A stretch of DNA of 64,000 nucleotides from Phoronis australis (Eukaryota; Animalia; Phoronida). The notes under the pieces were generated by a model. It did no database searches and was not told the DNA's origin. It was given only the letters and a program-made list of their open reading frames with translations. How positions within the stretch are numbered: the first letter of the stretch is position 1; each line of letters starts with the position of its first letter. The stretch covers positions 147,457-211,456 of the forward strand of contig NMRA01000367.1 in the NCBI GenBank assembly GCA_002633005.1, in the 5' to 3' direction. This document shows positions 25,501 to 35,388 of this stretch, piece after piece. The position numbers were made by a program, and so were the translations under genes.

Positions 25501-28096
25501 GTCTTTATTACTTTTGGCCTGCTTTGCGTTTTGTATAGAATAAATCTGTTGATGTCGAAATTGCATAATGTTAGTTTGGGACATTCCTTGGGCAGACTCA
25601 TGATTCTCTGCGTTTTTCTTTATTGTTACTTTCCATGTTGAAGCGCTGTACTACAACTATCAGCAGACAACGTTCTCATAATTGTGAGCTGTTATAACAA
25701 ACAATAAAGCGCAATAATGTTAGAGGCACTTAAAAATGAATATAAGCAATTTTTGCACAAAAGTGGGGAGGTATCCATCATATTGAAAAACTTTCTACTT
25801 AAAACATATGTATGAATTGATTTAAGCTTTTAAACCGCACCATTTAGTCCCAAGAGATTGTGTTTCTGTCACTACAGGAGACTTGGCTGTGAAACACATA
25901 ATACGTAATGTATGAAAATTGAAAAGTAACAGTTGAATATGTGTTCCACAGCAGCCAAGCAGAGAGAGATGTGTTTAATGAGAAGCCAAGTAAAGAAGAA
26001 TTGGTTTCAGCCACAGAGGAGACTTCCCAGTCACGAGTGGCTGGTCAGGCAGTCATACACACCTCCCTAGGCGATATACAGATTAAACTGTTCCCTAAGG
26101 AGTGTCCTAAAACAGTGGAGAACTTCTGTGTACACAGCAGGAATGGTTACTATAATGGCCATATCTTCCACAGAGTCATAAAGAGTTTCATGATACAGAC
26201 AGGTGATCCATTAGGTGAGTTAATAGTCCAGGAAAATTAGACAAATTATAAAATATTGTCCAAAATTTAACCAAAACCGGATGAAGACCAAATTGTAAGA
26301 ACAGTTGAGATGACATTTCATTTAATGAAAGGTTCATGCTTACAATTTACATTTGATCATAAGTATATTGTCATTTCTGTGCAGCTAACTGTTAAGTCCC
26401 CTAGTGAGTCTCACTTGACCCTTGCCACTCCCCACTGACCCTCACTTGCCCCTTGAATGTCCCTCAGTGATCCTCACTTGCCCTTGCATGTCCCTCAGTG
26501 ACCCTCACTTGCCTCTTGTATGTCCCTATAAGTGACCGTCACTTGCCCCTTGTATATCCTCAGTTACCTTCATTTAATCCTTGTATGTCCCTCAGTGACC
26601 CTCACTTGCTCCGTGTATGTCCCTACAAGTGACCGTCACTTGCCCCTTGTATATCCTCAGTTACCTTCATTTAATCCTTGAATGTCCCTCAGTGACCCTC
26701 ACTTGCTCCTTGTATGTCCCTAAGTGACCCTCACTTGCTCCTTGTATGTCCCACAGTGACCCTCACTTGCTCCTTGTATGTCCCACAGTGACCCTCACTT
26801 GCTCTTTGTATGTCCCTAAGTGACCCTCACTTGCCCTCTATGTCCCTCAATGACCTTCACTTCCCTTTTGTCTCAAGGTACTGGTACTGGTGGTGAGTCT
26901 ATCTGGGGAGGAGAATTTGAAGATGAGTTCCACCCAAGCTTGCGCCATGATCGCCCGTACACCGTCAGTATGGCCAACGCTGGACCAAACACCAACGGGT
27001 CGCAGTTCTTTATTACGCTGGTGCCGACTGTAAGTAGCGGCATCTGGTGGTTTAAAATATAAAGATGTTACTAATTGTTATACATCATCATTAATACAGC
27101 AATAATTGTAGTGTGAATAAAAGGTGTGTTGTGGTGGTAATCTCTCAGGTCTGCTGCAAGATCATGAGCCTGAGTCAGTCTCATGCGGCCAAGCCCCCTC
27201 CTAGTCTGCAGGTCACAGTCTCATGTGGTCATGCTCCCTCATAGCCTGCAGGGCACAGTCTCATGTGGTCAAGCTCCCTCGTAGCCTGCAGGGCACAGTC
27301 TCATGCGGTCGAGTTCCCTCCTAGTCTGCAGGTCACAGTCTCATGTGGTCAAGCTCCCTCATAGCCTGCAGGGCACAGTCTCATGCGGTCGAGTTCCCTC
27401 CTAGCCTGCAGGGCACAGTCTCATGCGGTCGAACTCCTTCCTAGCCTGCAGGTCATGGTCTGATGTTGTTGTGGTCCCTTCAGCCTACAGGTCACAGTGA
27501 CATGTGGCCGTGCACCCTCCTGCTTGCAGGTCACAGTCTTCTAATGTGGTTGAGCTCCCTACTAGCCTGTAGGTCACAGTCTCGTGTGGTCAAGCTCCTG
27601 CTAGCGTGCAGATCACACTGTCTTCCATTTCCCACATTGCCTCATAAATTTGTCAGAATCTTCAGTTTTTTATTACTGAAACAATTTCTCAAATTTTTTG
27701 CTTTTATATTTTTTAATATTATGAGGAAAACCCTCATCTGCTAAACTTTCGGCTTGAGACTAAAATCAATGAGTGTTTAAAAGTAAGGATTGGCTTAAGC
27801 AGTGTTGTTGTGTCGTGTTAAGAAGTTGTTATTAGTTTCAGTTATACTGCAAGATGTGGGCACGAAACTGGTGATAAATGGATTGATGAGTTGACTTCAT
27901 ACTATTGACTGTATTCAGTGCCATAGTCCATGTTTATACTTTTTAATTTCAGTCATGGTTGGATAATAAGCACACTGTGTTCGGCCGTGTTACAAGAGGC
28001 ATGGATGTTGTCCAGAAGATAGGCATGGTCAAAACACATCCTAAAACTGATAAACCTCATGATGACATCAGTATAGTGAACATTGCTGTTAAATAG
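7407..28096 (+). CDS. PPWD1: PPWD1, peptidylprolyl isomerase domain and WD repeat-containing protein 1 (gene span, first coding exon missing)
   Basis: 14 GT-AG exons, phases consistent: 7407-7509, 7887-7990, 10606-10701, 13775-13862, 15269-15374, 17040-17183, 20455-20529, 22121-22201, 22719-22812, 23603-23656, 25074-25317, 25952-26214, 26878-27029, 27953-28096 (1748 nt, about 582 aa). WD40 repeats then cyclophilin domain with [42 protein letters not shown]. Confidence 0.96.
7887..7990 (+). CDS. PPWD1: PPWD1 exon
   Basis: [35 protein letters not shown]; AG / GTgagt. Confidence 0.95.
10606..10701 (+). CDS. PPWD1: PPWD1 exon
   Basis: [31 protein letters not shown]; tacAG / GTaagt. Confidence 0.93.
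11986..13633. mobile_element. Non-autonomous pogo/Tc1-mariner-like DNA transposon
   Basis: TA|ctgtattcgccctaataaccaccca ... tgggtggttattagggcaaatgcgg|TA; no transposase ORF seen. Confidence 0.8.
12851..13051. repeat. Minisatellite, 25-bp unit x8, inside the transposon
   Basis: atacaatgcacatctagctcactag. Confidence 0.95.
13775..13862 (+). CDS. PPWD1: PPWD1 exon
   Basis: [30 protein letters not shown]; tgcAG / GTaagt. Confidence 0.93.
14710..15165. repeat. Minisatellite, 30/33-bp units, about 14 copies
   Basis: gact(gt)actcactatatgtatctgagtatgagt. Confidence 0.95.
15269..15374 (+). CDS. PPWD1: PPWD1 exon
   Basis: [35 protein letters not shown]; ttcAG / GTtagt. Confidence 0.93.
17040..17183 (+). 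CDS. PPWD1: PPWD1 exon
   Basis: [48 protein letters not shown]; tgtAG / GTgagc. Confidence 0.95.
17330..20085 (+). mobile_element. Decayed I-group LINE (reverse transcriptase and RNase H), 5'-truncated, interrupted by a DNA transposon
   Basis: [17 protein letters not shown]...[15 protein letters not shown]; [13 protein letters not shown]...GVPQGS; HADNLAVW; RNase H motif [18 protein letters not shown]; frameshifts and stops. Confidence 0.88.
17504..18963. mobile_element. Non-autonomous Kolobok-like element (TTAA TSD, GG...CC termini)
   Basis: TTAA|ggttatctccaaccttatt ... aataaggttggagataacc|TTAA; removal restores the LINE reading frame. Confidence 0.85.
20085..20425. repeat. Degenerate minisatellite, about 29-bp unit
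   Basis: ctgtagatggtcatatggtcacagtccatga variants. Confidence 0.9.
20455..20529 (+). CDS. PPWD1: PPWD1 exon
   Basis: [25 protein letters not shown]; tctAG / GTaact. Confidence 0.92.
21924..22085. repeat. Minisatellite, 34-bp unit x~4.7
   Basis: tagaactgtaacacctgtatttaattataatgaa. Confidence 0.95.
22121..22201 (+). CDS. PPWD1: PPWD1 exon
   Basis: [27 protein letters not shown]; ttcAG / GTttgt. Confidence 0.93.
22396..22631. repeat. Minisatellite, 29-bp unit x8
   Basis: taccagtaactatagtaacacgtccacta. Confidence 0.95.
22719..22812 (+). CDS. PPWD1: PPWD1 exon
   Basis: [31 protein letters not shown]; ttcAG / GTaggt. Confidence 0.93.
23121..23279. repeat. Minisatellite, about 25-bp unit x6
   Basis: ctgtcatatgaatgttcctgttcac. 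Confidence 0.93.
23603..23656 (+). CDS. PPWD1: PPWD1 exon
   Basis: (V)[17 protein letters not shown]; ttcAG / GTaatg. Confidence 0.92.
23714..23901. repeat. Minisatellite, 46-bp unit x4
   Basis: gtcattatgttattaagactagatgtagtacttcccaatgtaagtc. Confidence 0.95.
25074..25317 (+). CDS. PPWD1: PPWD1 exon
   Basis: (V)[28 protein letters not shown]...[26 protein letters not shown]; ttcAG / GTacag. Confidence 0.95.
25952..26214 (+). CDS. PPWD1: PPWD1 exon (start of cyclophilin domain)
   Basis: [16 protein letters not shown]...[55 protein letters not shown]; tandem CAGCAG acceptor (3-nt alternative) / GTgagt. Confidence 0.95.
26395..26877. repeat. Pyrimidine-rich minisatellite, about 31-bp unit, running into a PPWD1 3' splice site
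   Basis: tgaccctcacttgctccttgtatgtccctcag variants. Confidence 0.93.
26878..27029 (+). CDS. PPWD1: PPWD1 exon (cyclophilin domain)
   Basis: [51 protein letters not shown]; tcaAG / GTaagt. Confidence 0.95.
27175..27620. repeat. Minisatellite, 40-bp unit x~11, degenerating 3'
   Basis: cagtctcatgcggtcgagttccctcctagcctgcagggca. Confidence 0.92.
27953..28096 (+). CDS. PPWD1: PPWD1 terminal coding exon
   Basis: [47 protein letters not shown], stop TAG; ttcAG acceptor. Confidence 0.95.
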   Translation, partial: SWLDNKHTVFGRVTRGMDVVQKIGMVKTHPKTDKPHDDISIVNIAVK

Positions 28097-30910
28097 AGGT
28101 ACCTGGACAGATGGGTTGTAGAATTGTGTAACTTGGCATGTTTATGTGACTAGACGTACATTGACAACAGTCATGGAGATGATGATTTGTACAGCCACTA
28201 GGTGGCACATGTATACAGTCCTTGGATGTGAGAGAAGCAACAACACATTAAGGTTGTCATCAGTTATTACAAGTGAAGCACATGATCACACTACCTTTCC
28301 TTCGTCGTTTTTCCATCTACACTACGCAGCCCTGGTGACGACACCATGAACTGCCACTAGATGGCACATACACCACAGTTGTTCCTGGTTTTAGGGCTGC
28401 TGTATGCAGCCTGGTCAAACTTAATTTGAGAAGCATTTTATGAGCAGCAGATAAATGTATGAAGAAACTGTATCTGACCCCATGACCCCAGACGGTGGAG
28501 TCAGCATTTTTTATAAGCCGTGTCAGAGCTCGGTGTCATCTTACAAAGTTTAGATATTGTTGAAAAGTAGTACCAAGAATTTCTAAAAATAGGCCCATGC
28601 GTGGATATTTGGAAAATGAACTTTTAAAAACGTCAAATTAAATTGAATATACATTCTCCAGGCATATGTTCAAAAATGGGATACATATTTTCATAAACTG
28701 CATCAAACATTGTACCATCCAGTTTTAAAGCAAATAACTATCATCAATTGTTTACTCAAGACTGTTTTCAAAGGATGTAAACTGCCCTTCTGTAAACATG
28801 GGTAATCCTTAAATTAAAAGCTGCACTGTTGGTTTATAACGATAAAGAATCAATTCAAAAAGTTCTTTAACGTCCGCAACAAATGTTTTCTGTGCAGTTT
28901 TTTAAACGAACATTAGTAGTTAAGTTACACCCAGGCACTGCAGTTTAAAGTAAATATCCTTTTACTACTAACAATTCAACATTAACACTGTCCTTCATAT
29001 TGTGCTAATGCTTATCCTTTTACTACTAACAATTTTAGTCGTCTATAGTTTTTTCGCATTCAGCATCAACACTGTCCTTCATATTGTGCTAATGCTTAGT
29101 TTCCAACAAAAGTCGCTCACTGAGTGAAATCGTGACCCCAAAATATAATGTCTTACCAAAATAAATAAAATTTCATATGATGATTGTATTTTAGAACAAT
29201 TTGTCAGATTTTCAAAACATGCAAGCGCTTACCGAAAATATTCACATGGACACACTTTTGGAAAATTTTTCGAACATGGGCATACTTTTGGGTGAGCCTA
29301 TTTTCGGAAGTTCTGGGTACAAGACTTTTCTCTATTGAAGTTGACCATTGAACTAAATGGGTTACACTCAATTCAAGCTGAGGGCTTGCTTGGTCATAGC
29401 ACAGAACAGTCATCTGATGTTCTGCCACCAGATGTCTCACAGAACAGTCCTGATGATGTTATCATGTACTGCCACCAGGTGGCACACAGAACCCTCATGC
29501 AGATATTTGTAGATTTTGTCAGTTGTTCTGACATGAAATTTTTCTCCAAAAAGCAATGTAAATTTAAAACATTGTATTTTGAAATTCACAATTCAAATGA
29601 AGATTTATATGCATTTTTTACACTGGCTGATTGATGTGTAGTCACAATGGAGCCTAGTAAGTTTCATAACGTTCCCAATTATGACCGTTCCCAATTATGA
29701 CCGTGTTTTCCGTTCAGTGACTTTACCAGACGTAGAGGGTTGTGAGCTTTCGATAACATCTAGCTTCTTTGTTAACTACCAAACACAGTCTTTTGTCTGG
29801 TATGACAGCAGGCAGGCCAATTATCTACCAGGCTTATTACAGACCATAGGTGGATTTATGGTGGCAAGGGGCGCGGGCTATTGATTTATGTTCAAATATG
29901 TTATATCTTAACTTTCATTTTTAACAGCATAGCATAGTCAGGCTAGATATGATCTTCTTGGAGATTAGAACAGTTATCGAACAAAAGAGAGCTGGCCCTC
30001 CAACCGTAAACGCCAGAATGGAGTTAATCAGTCGTGTAAGATATTGGCGACAGGGGTCATCTTCCCAACTTGTTGTTGGGCTAGAGTCGAACAAGTTGTG
30101 AGCAACTGGAAAACGCCTTAATGTGCAAACGTTCAGTGTGAATTTCATTCTGTACTTGATACTTGTGAATTGTATGTTGAATCATGGTTTGCAGGGCTCC
30201 ACATAACGAGCTGCAGGTCGCATTTGCAACCTGAAATTTGAAATGCGAGTTGAGATTTTTGTCAGCTCATATCATCAAGTCGCAAAATGTGACCTGGAAT
30301 TTCAACAAATGCGAGCTGAGTTTTACACTCCTGGGCAGATACCTGGCAAATATAAAGCAATTCTTATAATCCGACCGTTAATTGATTGTTACTAAATCCA
30401 AGTTCAAAAGAACACTAACCGAGAACAGCCCTCCCGATGACTTGATAAGCAAGTGACGTGAACATGGGATGTGCAGAATCAATCTTTGACCCGTTTCATT
30501 GGCTAACATTTTCGGAATCGCCGAAGAAAGTTTCGGGCCACTGCATATCACGTGGTAAAACGTCACAAAACAGCGGTGTTTCTACTAATTCTTAAGCGAT
30601 CAACTTACTAAACTTTGCGGTGGACAAATATGTCTATTTTTCGCGTAAGATGACCTGATTACATGTACCAAATATCCATGATAATATCCCTGATATCGCA
30701 CTGCGGCACTGGTCGGTCCCAAGCGGTTCCAGCAGACAGTCGTTTTTATCGCATAAGACAGCCAAAGTGAAAGTGACAACCCTATTAATCGCCAAACAAC
30801 GGCCACATCTTTACTTTCAGTTGTCAAGAAATTCTCAAACCCCTTTACTTGTTCCTGGGGCTACGTGCGCGGAATATGATTTGCTTTCACACGTTGTTGC
30901 CAACGTAAAG

Positions 30911-31836
30911 CATAGGCGGATTTAGGGGGGGGCCAGGGGGCCCGGCCCCCCCCCTCTTGGNTAAGGTAGGTGTATACACTGATCAAATCTCCAGGTTCCT
31001 AACTAAATCCAATTTCAAGTGTCAAATTCTGAACACGGCGCATTCGTAACGGAACTATGGCTAAGTATAGGCTCTCCCGCGATATCCCAGGCGACCGGCA
31101 GTGGCGCTGCGCACTACGACTCCTTTTCCGTCGTCTGCTCCACTGTGCAATGAAGAAAATTTACTTCATTTTTTAAAGAAATGGAACCTGAGTGACGATG
31201 AAAAAACAGAGGATGCTGGTAAGATGTGAATTTTAATCGAAGCTTTAGTGAATCACTCAGAAACTCGCAATACTCTCTTTGTCAAACCTTATCTTAGGAC
31301 TTAGGACGATTTCTAAAGCAATCCCGTCATTATTGCCAACACGAAAGACGGATTTGGTCTTTTGGGCATTTGAAGACTATTTTAAATACGACAAATTTGT
31401 TAAAAATTGATGGCACAAAATTTAAAACGTGTAATAAGCATTACAAAAAGAAGCAGGTTTCGCGCGCAAACGCTGTGGACCATAAACGAGTAGGTCTCTT
31501 AGTATGTGATTAGTAGTTGGTTCGTGGTGGTGAAGTGGTAACGCACGTGCACTCTAATCGCCAGGTCGTGAGTTCGAGTCTTCGGAACTCGCAGGTTTTC
31601 TTGTTTGACACGTTCTCCGTTTTTTTTTTTTTGCTTTTTTTTCTTGTATAATACTTAAGGAATCAAGGAAAATGCTTGATTTTTAGAGGTAAAAACAGAA
31701 AAATTTCCTGGGCGGGAGGGGGTAAACCCCCCATTCGATGCTATGCACATCTACTATTGTGGTTGACTTTACACAAATGCTTGCAGCCGGACAAAATGTT
31801 GGGCCACCCCCTTGTGATATCCTAGATCCGCCACTG
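30911..31836. mobile_element. Nested non-autonomous DNA transposon with 5-bp TSD (hAT5-like)
   Basis: TAAAG|cataggcggatttagg ... cctagatccgccactg|TAAAG; G/C-run subtermini; an n join at 30961 lies inside. Confidence 0.7.
31519..31589 (+). pseudogene. Degenerate tRNA-like sequence (tRNA pseudogene or SINE head)
   Basis: A-box-like TGGTGAAGTGG and B-box GTTCGAGTC at tRNA spacing, ends gttc/gaac complementary, oligo-T at ~31620; anticodon stem poorly paired. Confidence 0.5.
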
Positions 31837-34306
31837 TAAAGTGTAGGCCTATTCCAGCGATTCAAGTGCGTGAACTCACGCGTGCGCACCTCTTCAAAGC
31901 TGCACATCAATACAGAACAGCAATAGTCTTTAATGAAAGAGTGTACCGGCTTGGCTGTGTTAAGCACCTGGGTGCCAGTGGTTTATTTGAAAATGAACTC
32001 ATAGGTTCCCGGCAGTTGTAAAGGGCCCGATGCTTTACGATATTCCCGGGACCGATATAACCCAGAACTGATATTTTTCCTGTTCCGATATTTCCCGAGG
32101 TCGCCGTTCCCTAAACCAAATCCTATATTCTATACCCGTAGCCAGCTACTGCAACTAAACGGGTACTAGATACGAACTTTTTATTCTTCTCTTCATACAC
32201 CCCCCCCCCCGCGGCAACTTTTCGCNGGACCACCGTCGCCGTAAAATGTTCGGACTCCAATAGAAACAATCTTGTTCCGGCTAAAACGGGCAATTAAAAA
32301 CAAAATTATTCCTGGTGGCTAAAAAGGGTACAGTGAAGGTGGTAACGATATCCCGAAAGTCACCCGTTCTAGATGGAGTTTGCGTCGCAAAATCGTATTA
32401 TTATTACACTCAGGTTAACGACTATGCTCACAAACAAGCCTTCTCCCTACCTTTGAAGTGTTTCATAATAAGCGCTCACTGATCTACTAAGCGTTCTCCT
32501 CAACTTTTGAGAATTTCCGGCAATTAAGTGCCCACAATTCAGGCTAGCGCCCATCATAGCACACTACAAACTACCTTGCGTGATCTAAAATTGACACGTA
32601 GCCTATATGGTGTGTTACTCTTTTTTTACACAATTCAGTTTTCAAAAAACGTCTTTTCTCAATATGTAAAAACCCAATCCCGGCTTTGTTTTATACCTCC
32701 GAAAGCTGAGAAAGTTAACACTAGTGACGTGCGTGTCGTTTTGTGACTGACCTATTTTTCCCGTACTTGGAAGGTATTGAGGAGCAAACTCCACGGAGGG
32801 AGTCGGGAATTATTTCGAGGCTATTCATTTCATGGAAAACTAATTGTTGAGTACGTTAACAGCATAAGTACCACATTTTTGTTGTGAAATTTGCACTGAA
32901 TTGTTCCCGCGCATCCAAATAGGTCATTCGGTTAGGGCATCGTTTCACGGACTTTTTTCGACAGATGTTTTTCAAACGTCGAGTTAAGTTGCAAAGTTTG
33001 GGCTGCGAACAAAAAGTGGAGGGAATTTGCACTCCGAGTTAGTTTGTATCTTTAACGACTTTGATGACAGCCGGTAGCAAGTAAGACATAGCAAAATCCC
33101 GGATACTTTTTAAACGGGCATTTTCTCCCTTTTCACATCGCAAACTACTTAACTATTCGAATGCACGTGTCAGTTAGAGAGCGTTGATTCAACTTTCACG
33201 TCGGCAACTTGCCTTGCGCTCTAAAGCCTTTCAATGGCGGTCGTGAAGAACAGTAACGCCGTTCCTGCATGAACGAAGTCAATTTTGAGATCTGAAATTT
33301 GTGAGTATTTAACACTGCAGGTAAGAGCATCATCTAAACATTTTCTCGACGATCTAAAAAATCAATTTTGGCACGTAAGAATGGTGGGAAAATTTTGCGA
33401 CCTGGCATTAATGAATGCGAGCTGGATTTTGAAAATGCGACCTTGGATTTTGGCTAGGTCGCAAAATGCGATCTGCCGATTTTAATAGCGTCGAGCCCTG
33501 GATTGGGTCACAGCATAGCCAAATTATGCCGTAAGATTAGAGTGACAAAGATATCTACAGAGTTTAGTTTCAAGCTTCATTGATATTTTTGACAAAATTG
33601 TATGTAGCGTCGTTTGTGAATCAAATAAATTGTTTTCATAATACAGTAGTTTGTTTTTGACTTGTACCACTTATCAAAAATTGTGTTTTGAACATTTCTG
33701 CAATCATGCCTTTCAGATATTGCAGACCTGTCAAGGTCTTGTAAAATAACTGATCACGTTACTTGACTTGGTTTTTACCTTTCTTTCCATTTTTTGTAAT
33801 TCTTATTTGGTGTGTATCAACTCGCTGAGGGGACTCCAATCAGTTGCAAAAAACGAATGTTCAGTTTAGATTGGAGGAGTTAAGAATTACATGTACTACG
33901 TCTCAAATAAAGGAGTTAAAGACGTAGTTCCACGAAATTTTAACAGTTCTTCTGGTGTTAAAACATGTTGTAACGAAGCCACCAGTACCTACACGGTAAT
34001 CTTAACAAAGTGCGAAGGCGTGAAATCGTAAATATCCGCACTTGTCACGACTTGGTGCTGAATGATTCGCCGCCATTTTGGATTATTTTGCCGTTTAGTT
34101 GGGAGTGAGACTAACTCGGGAATGATTAAATTCGACTTTGCTATAGCGTGTATGACGGAGTAATTTTAGTTAAAGCTACATCCTGATAGTTAAGAATGGC
34201 GCAATCTCAAATAGAGGAGCTGAGAAAAAGCCATGAAACAACTCCGAAGCCATGCTGCTAAGTGTAGTAATGATCTCTTTCAAACCTGAGCGAAGTCAGT
34301 TTGGAA

Positions 34307-34478
34307 GTCGTCTTGAAGGTATTGGGGAACTGGAGGGCGTCTTGAAGGTATTGGGGAACTGGAGGGCGTCTTGAAGATATTGGGGAACTGGAGGGCGTCT
34401 TGAAGGTATTGGGGAACTGGAGGGCGTATTGAAGATATTGGGGGAACTGTGGGGCGTCTTGAAGGTATTGGAGAACTG
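34307..34478. repeat. Minisatellite, 29-bp unit x~6
   Basis: cgtcttgaaggtattggggaactggaggg. Confidence 0.95.
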
Positions 34479-35388
34479 CATTTCCTTAAAGCTATGACGG
34501 ATGAACGTATGGCTGACATGTACAAAGTTCTCGATTTGCTGTAGACCTGCTGCGAAATTGAAAATGTGTTTAAAAGTAAGCTAGAGAGGTCAACGAGCGT
34601 CAACTGGGAAATGGTCGAGACGTTCTTGAGCAATAAATTCAAACCCGTGTCTCCTAAGTGTGTAAATTAAACCAGGAATACAGTCGGGACAGTATCGTCT
34701 CTTCCACCAGGAAGGTTTGTGTAATTACGGGAAGTCGATTGGTAGACAAGCTATGTCTATACATCAACAAGTTGCATTGTCTAGGAATAGACAGTGGTCA
34801 ATCGCAGCCATCGAATAAATAGAAATAATCAGGAAGGGATTTGCTAGCGAACAATTGTAAAATTCGACACTAATTGCAAAAACTGAGACATAAAACACTT
34901 AAAAGGACTCCAGTTTATTCCTTTAAGTGTTTTATGTCTCAAAAAGTCAGTTTTCGCAATTGGTGTCAAATTTTACAAATTGACTAAATGTTCAAACCTG
35001 TAAGAATCTGACGAAATATCGTGAACTGTTGGTTAAAACAAACCGAGCGATCTGTAGTCTGTCACATTTCAGGTGTTGGGGTTCTATGCATCTTTACAGA
35101 TAAGCAACTTAGTAGTTGAAGTGCGTGACATTTGAAGTCGTAAAAGACTAAAGCTGGGAGCTGGTTTTCTGTCGTCTCCGATACTCCTCTGTGTATGCTC
35201 AGGTTACAGGCGTTTGCTACAGCTAATCAAGTGGTGTGTAGATTTGCTCTCAACAGTACATCAAATATTTTGCAAACGAAGCTACAGGAGCAAACAGAGA
35301 GGTAAAATAAGTGTCAGAGACTTTGATGAACTTGTTTTGAGATTTTAGAATAATTTCACCAGATAGAGAAAGTTTGCGGTTTGTAATT

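Larger units (their letters stand above)
30192..33500. mobile_element. hAT-like non-autonomous element (CAGGGCTC TIR) containing nested insertions
   Basis: cagggctccac...ggtcgcatttgcaacct at left and aggtcgcaaaatgcgatc...gtcgagccctg at right, with subterminal tgcgac repeats; no clear TSD. Confidence 0.6.

Noticed and set aside
34197-34640. Possible decayed coding sequence around the 29-bp array
   Set aside because: Multiple stops and no motif I could assign confidently.
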